Shown piece after piece: positions 28,741 through 38,910 of a DNA stretch of 64,000 nucleotides (position 1 is the first letter of the stretch; each line of letters begins with the position of its first letter). Where the stretch lies: positions 46,784-110,783 of the forward strand of contig CALCZQ010000061.1 of assembly GCA_937903345.1 (NCBI GenBank). The letters run 5' to 3'. Below the pieces are notes generated by a model, which did not search any database, was not told the origin of the DNA, and worked only from the letters and a program-made list of their open reading frames with translations. Both the position numbers and the translations under genes were made by a program. Source of the DNA: an uncultured Emticicia sp. GTDB lineage: Bacteria > Bacteroidota > Bacteroidia > Cytophagales > Spirosomataceae.

Positions 28741-31011
28741 TCATTCAATACCAACTCTCGTCACTTTATTCATACCGTCAATACCACCGAGTTTCTGCAT
28801 AAGCGTTTCTAGGTGTCCAGTATCTTGAACGTAAAGTTTAATATCGCCTGTAAATATACCATCATTTGTATCAACTGCCAAGGAACGCATATTGATATGT
28901 AATTCACTTGAGATAACTTTTGAAATATCTTGAATCATTCCCATGCGGTCAATTCCATCAAGGTGAATTGTTGCCACAAAAGCCTTAGCAACCTGGGAAG
29001 ACCAACGAGCTTTAATAACTCGATTACCATATTGCGAAAGTAACTGTTGGGCGTTGGGACAAGTATTTCGGTGAATTTTAATACCTTCATTGATTGTCAA
29101 AAAACCAAAAACATCATCACCTGGAATTGGGCTACAACATTTGGACAGCGTAAAATCAATCTCTTGTAAATCATCTCCAATAAAAAGTGTATCAACTCCT
29201 TTTACTTTCTTGATTTCCTTCTCAAAACTTTTAGCATCAATAAACGCTTTGTTATCAAGTTCAATTTTAGCTTGTTTATTGATTCGAGCGTCGCGGTCAG
29301 CTTTAAATTTCTTTATTTCATCCGAATGAATATAGCCTTTTCCGAAACTATAATAAAGGTCGTTATAATCTTTCTTATTAAAATACGCCCGAAGTTGATT
29401 CAGCGTTTCGAGGTTATTTTCAAGCCCCAAAACCTTAAATCGTTTGGCAATAATTTCTTTCCCATCGCTGAAATAGACTTTATTTTCTTCTTTCAGCAAA
29501 TCTTTGATGCGGGCTTTTGCTTTTGAAGTTGTCACAAATCGTAACCAATCTTCAGAAGGCTTTTGACTCTTGGTTGTCAGAATTTCGATTTGGTCTCCGT
29601 TTTGCATCACATAACTTATTGGCACCAGCTGGCTGTTTACCTTACCAGCCGTACATCGCTTACCAATATCAGTATGAATTTCAAATGCAAAATCAAGAAT
29701 TGTTGAACCTTTACGAAGTACTTTCAAATCACCTTTCGGAGTAAAAACAAAAACCTCTTCGTTGTAGAAATTTCCCCTAAAATCTTCTAAAAACTCAATC
29801 GCCGATTTATCTTCTGATTCAAGTGTTTCACGCACTTGATTTATCCATCGGTCGAGTGGAGCATCGGTGGAAGTATCATTTCCTTTGTATTTAAAATGAG
29901 CGGCGTAGCCACGTTCCGAAATTTCATCCATGCGTTCGGTACGAATCTGAACTTCCACCCATTGTCCAGTTTGACTCATTACAGTGGTGTGCAAAGATTC
30001 ATAACCATTGGCTTTTGGAATCGAAATCCAATCTTTCAATCGGTCTGGATTTGGCTTATATTCATCAGTTACGATAGAATATGCTTGCCAACATGCTGAT
30101 TTTTCTCTGTCAGAAGGAACATCCTGCAAAATAATACGAATCGCAAAAAGGTCAAAAATATCTTCAAAGGAAGTATGTTTATTCTTTAATTTATTCCAAA
30201 TCGAGTAAATGTGTTTCGGTCGGCCTTTGATTACAAAATTGATTCCTGCATCATTTAATTTTTTCTGAATTGGCTTAATAAAACTCTCAATGAAACGATC
30301 ACGAGTAGATTTGGTGGTTTTTAGCTTAAAAGCTATATCCTTATAAATCTCAGGCTCTGTATATTTCAAATATGAATCTTCAAGTTCGGATTTAATTTTA
30401 TAAAGGCCCAAACGGTGAGCAAGCGGAGCGTAAATAAAGATAGTTTCGTGAGCAATTTTTAGCTGCGAATTACGAGCCATGCTTCCAAGTGTACGCATAT
30501 TGTGCGTGCGGTCAGCGAGTTTTATCAAAATCACCCTTACGTCTTCAGAAAGAGTAAGGAGCATTTTCCTGAAATTTTCGGCCTGTGCCGATGTTCCTTG
30601 CTCAAAACTTCCTCCAATTTTAGTCAAACCATCAATAATTCGAGCCACCTTAGGGCCAAAGTCTTGTTCAATATCTTTAAGCGTTAAGTCGGTATCTTCG
30701 ACTACGTCGTGCAACAATGCACAAATAATTGAAGTTGCACCGAGCCCAATTTCTTCGACACAAATTTGGGCAACTTCGAGCGGATGAAAAATATAAGGCT
30801 CTCCTGACTTTCGTCGCATGTCCTTATGAGCTTCCATCGCAATTGTAAATGCTTTTTTTATTTGTTTAGCATCGTCCCCTTTCAAAACAGGCTTGGCTGC
30901 CCGAAATAGTTGCCGATACCTTGCAAGTATTTCATTTCGTTCTTTTTCTAAATCAAGCATTGCCCCATGCTGACTAACATCCGATGTAATACTTAGTTCT
31001 TGCTCCATCAC
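28741..31011 (-). CDS. relA: Bifunctional (p)ppGpp synthetase/hydrolase (long RSH)
   Basis: RKSGEPYIFHP, LHDVVED (HD), IKLADRTHNMRT, GRPKHIYSI, GYESLHT, EVQIRT; TGS and ACT domains. The start may be ATG 31008. Confidence 0.95.
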   Translation of the reverse strand: MMEQELSITSDVSQHGAMLDLEKERNEILARYRQLFRAAKPVLKGDDAKQIKKAFTIAMEAHKDMRRKSGEPYIFHPLEVAQICVEEIGLGATSIICALLHDVVEDTDLTLKDIEQDFGPKVARIIDGLTKIGGSFEQGTSAQAENFRKMLLTLSEDVRVILIKLADRTHNMRTLGSMARNSQLKIAHETIFIYAPLAHRLGLYKIKSELEDSYLKYTEPEIYKDIAFKLKTTKSTRDRFIESFIKPIQKKLNDAGINFVIKGRPKHIYSIWNKLKNKHTSFEDIFDLFAIRIILQDVPSDREKSACWQAYSIVTDEYKPNPDRLKDWISIPKANGYESLHTTVMSQTGQWVEVQIRTERMDEISERGYAAHFKYKGNDTSTDAPLDRWINQVRETLESEDKSAIEFLEDFRGNFYNEEVFVFTPKGDLKVLRKGSTILDFAFEIHTDIGKRCTAGKVNSQLVPISYVMQNGDQIEILTTKSQKPSEDWLRFVTTSKAKARIKDLLKEENKVYFSDGKEIIAKRFKVLGLENNLETLNQLRAYFNKKDYNDLYYSFGKGYIHSDEIKKFKADRDARINKQAKIELDNKAFIDAKSFEKEIKKVKGVDTLFIGDDLQEIDFTLSKCCSPIPGDDVFGFLTINEGIKIHRNTCPNAQQLLSQYGNRVIKARWSSQVAKAFVATIHLDGIDRMGMIQDISKVISSELHINMRSLAVDTNDGIFTGDIKLYVQDTGHLETLMQKLGGIDGMNKVTRVGIE

Positions 31012-31083
31012 AATCGCTCTCTTGATTTTTTATCTACGTTTTGTTGTATTTTCATTTTCCTGATTACTTCATAGTGAATGCCG

Positions 31084-31122
31084 TGCCACCCAGCGGACTG
31101 CCGCCCAGCGGATTGCCGCCCA
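31084..31122. repeat. GC-rich 15-bp tandem repeat, about 2.6 copies
   Basis: tgccacccagcggac / tgccgcccagcggat / tgccgccca, upstream of relA. Confidence 0.7.
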
Positions 31123-31259
31123 ATAGTATTTTCCTAACACTAAGTTAATAGTAAGACTTAAAGGAACAAATTATTTTCTGTGATTCATACCTCAAAATGG
31201 GTCTTTCGCGTAATAAAAATTAACCCGTAAAAATTTCTTGTATATTTTTTATTATAAAG

Positions 31260-31290
31260 TTGACACATTAAAAATAAACCATTACCTTTG
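31260..31290 (+). promoter_or_regulatory. Promoter for tRNA-Leu/tig
   Basis: TTGACA at 31260-31265 and TACCTTTG (-7 box) at 31283-31290. Confidence 0.65.
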
Positions 31291-31357
31291 CAGCCCGAAT
31301 GATACAAAAATTCAAGCGAAGTAATTTACTTCAAAGATATTTATAAAACCGGAAAAT

Positions 31358-31439
31358 GCGGGCGTGGCGAAATTGGTAGACGTGCCAGACTTAGGATCTG
31401 GTGCCGCAAGGTGTGGGGGTTCGAGTCCCTTCGCCCGTA
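31358..31439 (+). tRNA. tRNA-Leu (anticodon TAG)
   Basis: Acceptor GCGGGCG/CGCCCGT-A; D-loop AATTGGTAGA; anticodon arm CCAGA-CTTAGGA-TCTGG; long variable arm; T-loop GTTCGAGT. CCA is not encoded. Classical position upstream of tig. Confidence 0.96.
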
Positions 31440-31440
31440 C

Positions 31441-31480
31441 AAAAAAACCCTCTGGACCTTGCTTGGTTAGGGGGTTTTTT
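31441..31480 (+). terminator. Terminator/attenuator between tRNA-Leu and tig
   Basis: AAAAAAACCC...GGGGTTTTTTT imperfect hairpin with a U tract. Confidence 0.55.
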
Positions 31481-31620
31481 AAGTTTTAGACTTATTGAAA
31501 ACTTTTGGTTATTGCGTTTGGCTGTAGACTAAGCCACTTTATTAAATTTAAAAATTCTCGTTTTTTTAAGCTAAAAGCCGATAGCTTGTTGCTAAAGACT
31601 TAAAACTCAAATAATCCTAA

Positions 31621-32964
31621 ATGGAAACTATATTAGATAGAATTTCTTCTACTCAAGGCAAATTGAAAGTAACCCTCATCGAAGCTGATTATAAGCCAGA
31701 GGTTGATAAAAAAATTAAACAATACAGCAAAACTGCTCAAATAAAGGGTTTCCGCCCAGGAATGGTGCCTAAAGAATATATCAAAAAATTACATGGCAAA
31801 AGTATTCTAGTTGATGAGGTTATCAATATGGTTTCGAAAACTGTGAATGATTATATTGCTGAAAACAAATTGCGTGTTGTTGGCGACCCTTTGCCAGATA
31901 ACGAAGCAGCTCAAAACATTGACTGGGACAACCAAAAAGAATTTTCTTTTGAATATGAAATCGGAACAGCATCTGATTTTTTGGTAGATTTATCAAAAAT
32001 TCCTGCGATTAAAACTTATAACATTGCGGTTTCAGAGGGTAAAATCGAAGAGGCGATTGCAGATGTACGTAAGCGTTTTGGAAAAGACATTGAGATTGAA
32101 GAAGCTGAATCTGGAGATATGATTTTCGGTACTCTAAAACAAGAATCTTCGGAATTTGATGTAAAAGATGCAACTATCCCGACTGAGCGTGTCAAAGACG
32201 AATCAGCTCATATTTTCAAAGGTTTAGAAAAAGGAAGTGTCGTAAGATTTGATATCCAATCAATTTTCTCAAACACCAAAGATTTAGGCTTTGCTACAGG
32301 CAAGACTGAAGAAGAAGCTTCTGCCTTAACCGGGGAGTTTGAATTGACAGTTGAGAAAATTACACGCGTGGGTACAGCAGAACTTAACCAAGAATTGTTT
32401 GACCAAGCTCTTGGACAAGGAAAAGTAAGCAACGAAGAAGAATTCAGAGCTGAAATTTCAAAAATCATTGATGAAAATTATAGCCGTGAAAGTGAACATT
32501 TATTGGATTTTGAAGTGGAAAAAACGCTTTTAGATAACATTTCTATCGAACTTCCGGATGAGTTTTTGAAAAAATGGTTGTTCAACATCAACGAAGGTAA
32601 ATTTACGGTAGAAGACATCGAGAAAGATTACGATGCTTTTGCTAAAGGTTTACGTATGGATTTGATTCGTAATGAGGTTGCTTCAAATAGCGATATTAAA
32701 TTGGAATATACTGACATCGTTGAAGAAGTAAAAGCTGAAATGAAAAATTATTTTGGTGGATATGCTTACGAAGGTTTGGAAGAAATGATTGACCAAATGG
32801 CTCGTAAAACTTTGAAAGAAAACAAAGACAACGCTGTTCGTCGTTATACTGACCGTGCATTTGGCAAGAAAGTACGTGAGTTTTTGAAAGCAAACATTGC
32901 TGTTGAAAAAACATCAGTGAGCTTTGAAGATTTCAACAAAATTGCGGAGACTGTTTACGCGTAA
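31621..32964 (+). CDS. tig: Trigger factor
   Basis: IKGFRPGMVP ribosome-binding signature (GFRxGxxP), 447 aa, downstream of tRNA-Leu. Confidence 0.93.
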   Translation: METILDRISSTQGKLKVTLIEADYKPEVDKKIKQYSKTAQIKGFRPGMVPKEYIKKLHGKSILVDEVINMVSKTVNDYIAENKLRVVGDPLPDNEAAQNIDWDNQKEFSFEYEIGTASDFLVDLSKIPAIKTYNIAVSEGKIEEAIADVRKRFGKDIEIEEAESGDMIFGTLKQESSEFDVKDATIPTERVKDESAHIFKGLEKGSVVRFDIQSIFSNTKDLGFATGKTEEEASALTGEFELTVEKITRVGTAELNQELFDQALGQGKVSNEEEFRAEISKIIDENYSRESEHLLDFEVEKTLLDNISIELPDEFLKKWLFNINEGKFTVEDIEKDYDAFAKGLRMDLIRNEVASNSDIKLEYTDIVEEVKAEMKNYFGGYAYEGLEEMIDQMARKTLKENKDNAVRRYTDRAFGKKVREFLKANIAVEKTSVSFEDFNKIAETVYA

Positions 32965-33044
32965 AATTTAATTTTGAATGATAGAATGAGTGCCGCAATG
33001 GAATTGAATAATTGAATAATTTTTAATCGTTCTGGAAATATTTC

Positions 33045-33092
33045 TATAAAAAAAACTCCCACAAAAGAAATCTTTTTATGGGAGTTTTTTTA
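33045..33092. terminator. Bidirectional terminator between tig and gpmI
   Basis: AAAAAAACTCCCA ... TGGGAGTTTTTTT. Confidence 0.85.
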
Positions 33093-33124
33093 TTTAATCA
33101 TTCTAACATTCTCTCATTGAGGCA

Positions 33125-34687
33125 TTAGATTAGCACATTCCCTGTCATTTCTTTTGGAATTTCTACGCCCATCAAAGTCAAAATCGTAGGAGCAATATCA
33201 CCCAATTTGCCATCTTTCACCTCGAAACGGTCGGTTTTGTCAACGATGATACACGGCACGAGATTAAGCGAGTGTTGTGTATTTGGTGTTTTGTCATCAT
33301 TAATCATATAATCAGCATTACCGTGGTCGGCAATTACGATAAATGTATAGCCATTAGCCAAACCGGTTTCTACCACCTTCTCTAGGCATTGATCAACAAA
33401 CTCAACAGCAGATACAACTGCCGAGAAAACACCTGTGTGACCAACCATATCAGGATTAGCAAAGTTTAAGCAGATAAAATCTACCTCTCCTTTTTGTAAT
33501 TCAGGAATAATTGCCTCGTCAATATCAAAAGCAGCCATTTGTGGTTTCAAATCATAAGTAGCTACATCTTTCGGCGATGGACACATCAAACGGCTTTCGC
33601 CCTCAAATGGCTGTTCATGTCCACCCGAGAAGAAGAATGTTACATGCGGGTATTTTTCAGTTTCAGCAATACGAATCTGTTTTTTCTTCGCTCGCTCCAA
33701 AACTTCACCCAAAGTGTTATTTAGATTATCTTTTTCGTAAATAACCTTGACATTTTTGTATGTTTCATCGTACATTGTCATCGTTATGTAGTACAAATCA
33801 AGGGCTTTCATACCAAAGTCAGGAAAGTCTTTTTGAGTAAGTACTTCGGTAATTTCACGACCTCGGTCAGTACGGAAATTGAAGCACATCACAACGTCAC
33901 CCTCTTCGATTAAGGCCACTGGTTTTTCGTCTTCAACGATTACGATTGGTTTTAAAAACTCGTCAGTAATACCTTCCTCATAAAAATCTTGCATTACTTG
34001 TGGCAATTCTTCAATCTGAATTTTTACTTCTAAACCTTCTACGTTTTCGTCAACCGCCGCAATGCCATTCACCATTGCATCGTAAGTCATTTTTACTCGC
34101 TCCCAACGCTTATCTCGGTCCATTGCATAATATCGACCAATTACCGAAGCTAATTTACCGCCAGTTATTTCGAGCGTTGCTTGTAATTCGGCTAAAAAAC
34201 CTTTTCCACTTTTTGGGTCACAGTCACGGCCATCCGTAAACGCATGAATGAAAACATCAGTCAAACCATAATTGCCAGCGGCTTTGGCGAGCCCTTTTAC
34301 GTGGTCGATATGCGAGTGAACGCCACCATCTGACACTAAACCAATAAAGTGTACTTTCTTGCCGTTGTTTTTGGCATATTCAAAAGCATCAACCAAAACC
34401 TTTTCTTTGGCCAAATGCCCTTCTTCTACGGCAATATTGATTTTTTCTAATTCTTGATAAACTACTCGGCCAGCCCCCAAATTCATGTGACCAACTTCTG
34501 AGTTACCCATTTGTCCGTTTGGCAGACCTACCGCACGGCCACAAGCCTCAAGCGTACTATTTGGGTATTCGCTCATCAATTTTCTAAAATATGGCACATT
34601 GGCGGCTTCGATTGCCGAACGCCATTCTTCTCCTTTTTTAGGAATTCCCCATCCATCAAGGATGATTAATGCTACTTTTTTGTTCAT
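33125..34687 (-). CDS. gpmI: 2,3-bisphosphoglycerate-independent phosphoglycerate mutase
   Basis: LIILDGWG, GQMGNSEVGH, GRYYAMDRDKRWER, NFRTDR, AETEKYPHVT and ADHGNA. Confidence 0.97.
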   Translation of the reverse strand: MNKKVALIILDGWGIPKKGEEWRSAIEAANVPYFRKLMSEYPNSTLEACGRAVGLPNGQMGNSEVGHMNLGAGRVVYQELEKINIAVEEGHLAKEKVLVDAFEYAKNNGKKVHFIGLVSDGGVHSHIDHVKGLAKAAGNYGLTDVFIHAFTDGRDCDPKSGKGFLAELQATLEITGGKLASVIGRYYAMDRDKRWERVKMTYDAMVNGIAAVDENVEGLEVKIQIEELPQVMQDFYEEGITDEFLKPIVIVEDEKPVALIEEGDVVMCFNFRTDRGREITEVLTQKDFPDFGMKALDLYYITMTMYDETYKNVKVIYEKDNLNNTLGEVLERAKKKQIRIAETEKYPHVTFFFSGGHEQPFEGESRLMCPSPKDVATYDLKPQMAAFDIDEAIIPELQKGEVDFICLNFANPDMVGHTGVFSAVVSAVEFVDQCLEKVVETGLANGYTFIVIADHGNADYMINDDKTPNTQHSLNLVPCIIVDKTDRFEVKDGKLGDIAPTILTLMGVEIPKEMTGNVLI

Positions 34688-34782
34688 AAGTTAAACCTCT
34701 TGCCCCTGAGAGGAATTTGATTAGAAAGATTCGTATGAAGAGACTTTATTTAACACACGAAATTTTATAATTTCTTTGGTAT

Positions 34783-35110
34783 TTATGTTATTAGCTTTGC
34801 CCACTATTTAAGGCGTTTATCGGACACAGTACTTTCTTCGCTTTTATCATATATATAAGCAAGGAAAATTTGTTCATTAGTTATTTTTACATAGGTAATA
34901 ATGCTACCACCCCCAGCTTTTACCAGAAGATTTTGAGGTGATTTTTAGTCTTATTTTAAAGAAATTACTGCCCAGACTTGTACCCAATTGAGGATTTTCT
35001 TGAAGTTTTAACAAAACTTCTTTCAAGTCTTTTTCCAAAGAATTATATTTTTAGGAAAGACGATTGAACGATTGATCAAAATCATTTATTGTTCTTATTT
35101 TATAGCTCAC
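34783..35110 (-). pseudogene. RelE/ParE-family toxin, disrupted
   Basis: Hand translation: (M)SYKIRTINDFDQSFNRLS*KYNSLEKDLKEVLLKLQENPQLGTSLGSNFFKIRLKITSKSSGKS[+1]GGGSIITYVKITNEQIFLAYIYDKSEESTVSDKRLK*WAKLIT*. This matches the LG....KIRL...SKxxGKSGGxRxITY...IYDKSE pattern. Confidence 0.78.
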
Positions 35111-35337
35111 TGAGCACATCTTGTATTGGTCGTGATGGACATTTTCCTTCAGAGGATAATTGAGCATTTTTCATTGCTTTCATTTATTCTTTCTAAATAT
35201 TTCATCTTTCTTTCTCAGCCCTTACCTTCATATGCATAGCATTTGAAACAACCATAAACGCTTTTTTCTGTTGGTCATTTATTTGTTCAAAAATCAGCCT
35301 GATATTTTTGTTGGTTTAATTCCCCAAATTTACTCAT
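35100..35337 (-). pseudogene. Putative cognate antitoxin, disrupted
   Basis: The C-terminal frame ...AMKNAQLSSEGKCPSRPIQDVLSEL* overlaps the toxin start (AGTGAGCTATAA). The upstream part is broken by stops and frameshifts. 5' end uncertain. Confidence 0.45.
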
Positions 35338-35435
35338 TTTTTTTTCAATTCGGCTAAAACTTTCTTTCCTCTGCTATTTATTGCTGCCGAACCTTTTTGA
35401 TGTTTCAGTAGTAAATCTTCGATTTTAAAAGTTCA

Positions 35436-35942
35436 TCACTCCTCAATTTTTACGATTTGATATTTTTCGATCAAATAATCAAGCAAAGCCTCGTTGCTTC
35501 GCCAAACGATTTGGTAAACATCCTCAAAAAATGGTTCTGATTCGTAGTATGGGTCAGGTACTTCTGATATTCCACGAATTTCGGGGTCGTGGTCACGGAG
35601 CAAAAAAAGCTTATCGGCAGATGGGGTTTTGTGTTTAGTTTTGTAGTAAAAATTATTGACATCTTTGAAATTTGCTTCGTCCATTACCACAATGTGCTCG
35701 AAGTCATCTAAATCGGCAACCGAAATTTTACGTCCACGATGGCTGAGTTTAAGGCCATGTTTTTCGGCGTTTTTCATGGTTCGTTGATCGGGTAATTGAC
35801 CGATATGATAGCCCGCTGTACCTGCCGAATCGCACGAGATTTTATCTTGCAAACCACGTTTTTTTACTAATTCTCGGAAAGTAGCTTCGGCAATTGGCGA
35901 GCGACAAATATTGCCGAGGCAAACGAAAAGTAAGTTTATCAT
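35436..35942 (-). CDS. Low-molecular-weight protein-tyrosine phosphatase
   Basis: FVCLGNICRSP (CX5R), DSAGT and VPDPYY. ATG 35942 preferred. Confidence 0.93.
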   Translation of the reverse strand: MINLLFVCLGNICRSPIAEATFRELVKKRGLQDKISCDSAGTAGYHIGQLPDQRTMKNAEKHGLKLSHRGRKISVADLDDFEHIVVMDEANFKDVNNFYYKTKHKTPSADKLFLLRDHDPEIRGISEVPDPYYESEPFFEDVYQIVWRSNEALLDYLIEKYQIVKIEE

Positions 35943-35982
35943 ATTCAATTATCTGATTATCAAATATTTATTTTATTGTAAA

Positions 35983-36009
35983 GTAGCACAATTTACAAAA
36001 TCGTGCTAC
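35983..36009. repeat. GTAG-type REP-like palindrome
   Basis: GTAGCACaatttacaaaatcGTGCTAC: perfect 7-bp ends with further inner pairing. Located 3' of the amidohydrolase gene. Confidence 0.6.
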
Positions 36010-36037
36010 CGAAACGAATGTGATACAAAACTCAAAT

Positions 36038-37678
36038 TCAATGAACCTTCTCGCCCCCAACATAAGTATTCAAAACCTTTACATTTCTAAGTTTTTCTTT
36101 TGGAGCGAGCATTAAATCTTCTTCCAAAATTACAAAATCGGCCATTTTTCCAGTTTCTATGCTACCACGTTCTTTTTCTTCAAAATTGGAAAATGCACTC
36201 CAAATTGTCATGGCTTTTAAGGCTTGCTCACGAGTAAGTGCGTTTTCCATCTGAAAACCGCCCTCAGGGAAATTCTTAGCATCTTGGCGAGCCACTGCCG
36301 AATGAAAACCGTATAGAGGATTCACAAATTCAACTGGAAAATCACTACCATTGGCCAAAAAACCATTTTGTTTCAATAAATCTTGAAAAGCGTAAGCAGT
36401 TTTTATACGCACATCGCCCAGACGCTCATCAGCCCAATACATATCAGATGTACCGTGCGTAGCTTGAATTGAAGGAATAATTGAGTATTTACCAAACTTA
36501 GGAACATCCTGTTTATCAACCACTTGTGCGTGTTCGATTCTCCAACGGCGGTCGTTTTTAGTTTTCAATAATTTCCCATAAATGTCCAAAATTAAACGAT
36601 TGGCCGAATCTCCGATACAATGGGTATTTGCTTGAAATCCCGAATTGTAAATTTGTGTAAGGCTGCGTTCTAACTCGGCCGCACTCAACAACAAAAAGCC
36701 TGTTTTTGAAGGCTCATCGCTGTATGGTTTGAGCAAACACGCTCCACGTGAACCTAAAGCACCATCGGCATATAATTTAAACGAACGCACATTCAATCGG
36801 TCGGTTTTATAAACGCCTTTTTTGATAAAATAATCAAGGTTTCTGATTCCGAGTGAAACCATCACGTAGTTGCGAATTTTTAACGAACCTTCTTTGTTCA
36901 TTTTATCAATCAAATCAATGTCATCTTGATTAAGACCCGCATCTGAAACAGTCGTAAGTCCGAGTTTGAAACACTCTTTTTGAGCGGCTAAAAGCATTTT
37001 TCGTTTGTCGGCATCAGTAGCTTGAGGAATAACCCTACGTACCAAACCCATGGCGTTATCGACCAAAATTCCAGTTAATTGACCATCCATAACTTCCACA
37101 TCGCCACCATTTACCTTACTTGCAGGTGAAATTTTTGCCAATTCAATCGCTTTTGAATTAACAACTGCAGCATGGCCATCAATACGAGTCAAGAAAACAG
37201 GTTTATTCGGGAAAGCCTTATCGAGTAATTCTTTGGTCGGAAAAACTTTTACATCCCAATCGTTTTGGTCCCAACCACGACCAATCAGCCATCTATCGCC
37301 TTTGTGCTGAGCTTCAAATTTTTGTAGGCGTTCGATGATTTCTCCATAGGATTTTGTATCAACCAAATCGCACTGACTGAGCATTTGTCCAAGCCCCAAA
37401 AAGTGACTGTGGGGGTCATACAGACCTGGAAAAACTGGTTTGCCTTTGGCATCAATTTTTTGTTTGGCGGTATATTTGGCCAAAATATTTTTGGAAGAAC
37501 CTGTTTCGAGAAATTTACCGCCTTTGATAGCAAAGGCTTCGGCTTTAGTAAATTGGTTATCAACGGTATAAACGACCGCATTATGCACAATGATGTCGGC
37601 AGTTTTTTTCTGTGCAGAAAGCTGAAACGTTGCAAATGATAAGGAGCTGAGAAGTAGATTTTTGAAAATAATTTTCAT
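36038..37678 (-). CDS. Exported amidohydrolase_3 (YtcJ-like) metal-dependent hydrolase
   Basis: PGLYDPHSH, RIDGHA, FKLYADGALGSRGA, THCIGD, RIEHAQ, GSDFPV and GKMADFVIL. Confidence 0.9.
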   Translation of the reverse strand: MKIIFKNLLLSSLSFATFQLSAQKKTADIIVHNAVVYTVDNQFTKAEAFAIKGGKFLETGSSKNILAKYTAKQKIDAKGKPVFPGLYDPHSHFLGLGQMLSQCDLVDTKSYGEIIERLQKFEAQHKGDRWLIGRGWDQNDWDVKVFPTKELLDKAFPNKPVFLTRIDGHAAVVNSKAIELAKISPASKVNGGDVEVMDGQLTGILVDNAMGLVRRVIPQATDADKRKMLLAAQKECFKLGLTTVSDAGLNQDDIDLIDKMNKEGSLKIRNYVMVSLGIRNLDYFIKKGVYKTDRLNVRSFKLYADGALGSRGACLLKPYSDEPSKTGFLLLSAAELERSLTQIYNSGFQANTHCIGDSANRLILDIYGKLLKTKNDRRWRIEHAQVVDKQDVPKFGKYSIIPSIQATHGTSDMYWADERLGDVRIKTAYAFQDLLKQNGFLANGSDFPVEFVNPLYGFHSAVARQDAKNFPEGGFQMENALTREQALKAMTIWSAFSNFEEKERGSIETGKMADFVILEEDLMLAPKEKLRNVKVLNTYVGGEKVH

Positions 37679-37866
37679 AGGGTAGTTTTATAGTTTGTTT
37701 GATAAAAAAAAAGAAGAAATCTGATGTTTACTTCACTTCTTTGTATGTAATACTTGACTGCTTAAGAGTCGTATTCACTTATTTATATTTATCTCTCCCA
37801 AACGCTTTGCCTTATGATACATTCAGAGCTATTCAAGATTGACTATTTCGTAGTCGAAAGGGAATT

Positions 37867-38904
37867 TTATTTAATATTCGCCTTATCGAGTGCTTCTTGG
37901 AAAATACGGGCATTATTGGTGTGTTCTTGAAAAGTTTCGGCAAAATTATGGTAGCCCGAAAAATCTTCTTTTGCACAAAAATACACGTATTTATGGCGTT
38001 CGTAATTCAAAACAGCATTCAAAGCTACTGGCTCAGGTAATGCAATTGGGCCGGGTGGCAAACCTATATTTTTGTAAGTATTGTATGGCGAATTTACGGC
38101 CAAATGTTTGTACAGAATACGACGCAATGAAAAATCACCAACGGCAAATTTAACAGTTGGGTCAGCTTGCAAAGGCATACTTGTTGCCAAACGATTGATG
38201 TATGCACCAGCCACTCGAGGCATTTCATCAGCTTTATTAGTTTCAGATTGCACGATTGAGGCCAAAACCGCCACTTGTATCGGTGTCATATTGATAGAAT
38301 TAGCTTGAGAAAGGCGTTCGCTCGTCCAATATTTATTATATTCGTCATACATTCTTGCCATAAATTTCTCAGGAGTAGTTGTCCATCTGATAAAATAGGT
38401 ATTCGGTAAAAACATACACATAATTGTAGTAGTATCGAAACCGAATTTCTGACAAGCCTCTGGGTTACGCAATAAATCAACCAATTCTTCGGTTTTAAAC
38501 TCAAAACGCCCGCCCATTTTTTTTATCAAATCTGATTTTAAGCGTACATTATTGAAAGTCAGACGAACTTCGTCTTGCTCGCCTCGGCGTAGTTTTCCAA
38601 TTAATTCACGGTTTCCAGAATTTGGTTTAATGAGGTAGCGTCCAGCCCTTACTTTTTCAGGATAATCCATGAATTTTGAGAGAAATTGGAAGGAGATTTC
38701 ATCATGAATTACTTTATACTTATGCAACGAATCAACTACATTTTTGTAAGTTCCATCAGTGGGAATATACAAAACGAAGTCTTTCTTGCCTTCGACATTC
38801 AGATTAGCACTGTTGGCAACTTGCCAAAAATAAAAGGATAAAGTGGCCGCTACGGTAGTAGAAACGACCAATGCGTAGGCAATGAATTTTCTATTTTTAA
38901 ACAT
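37867..38904 (-). CDS. mltG: Endolytic transglycosylase
   Basis: N-terminal TM; FLPNTY, LASIVQSET, LQADPTV, NSPYNTYKNIGLPPGPI and YVYFCA. Confidence 0.94.
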   Translation of the reverse strand: MFKNRKFIAYALVVSTTVAATLSFYFWQVANSANLNVEGKKDFVLYIPTDGTYKNVVDSLHKYKVIHDEISFQFLSKFMDYPEKVRAGRYLIKPNSGNRELIGKLRRGEQDEVRLTFNNVRLKSDLIKKMGGRFEFKTEELVDLLRNPEACQKFGFDTTTIMCMFLPNTYFIRWTTTPEKFMARMYDEYNKYWTSERLSQANSINMTPIQVAVLASIVQSETNKADEMPRVAGAYINRLATSMPLQADPTVKFAVGDFSLRRILYKHLAVNSPYNTYKNIGLPPGPIALPEPVALNAVLNYERHKYVYFCAKEDFSGYHNFAETFQEHTNNARIFQEALDKANIK

Positions 38905-38910
38905 AGGATT

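Noticed and set aside
28667-31193. 13-bp direct repeat TGATTCATACCTC on both sides of relA (28667 and 31181) as att sites or a target duplication
   Set aside because: relA is a core gene, there is no integrase, and 13-mer matches are expected by chance in 64 kb. Possibly a remnant of the short periodic repeat family.
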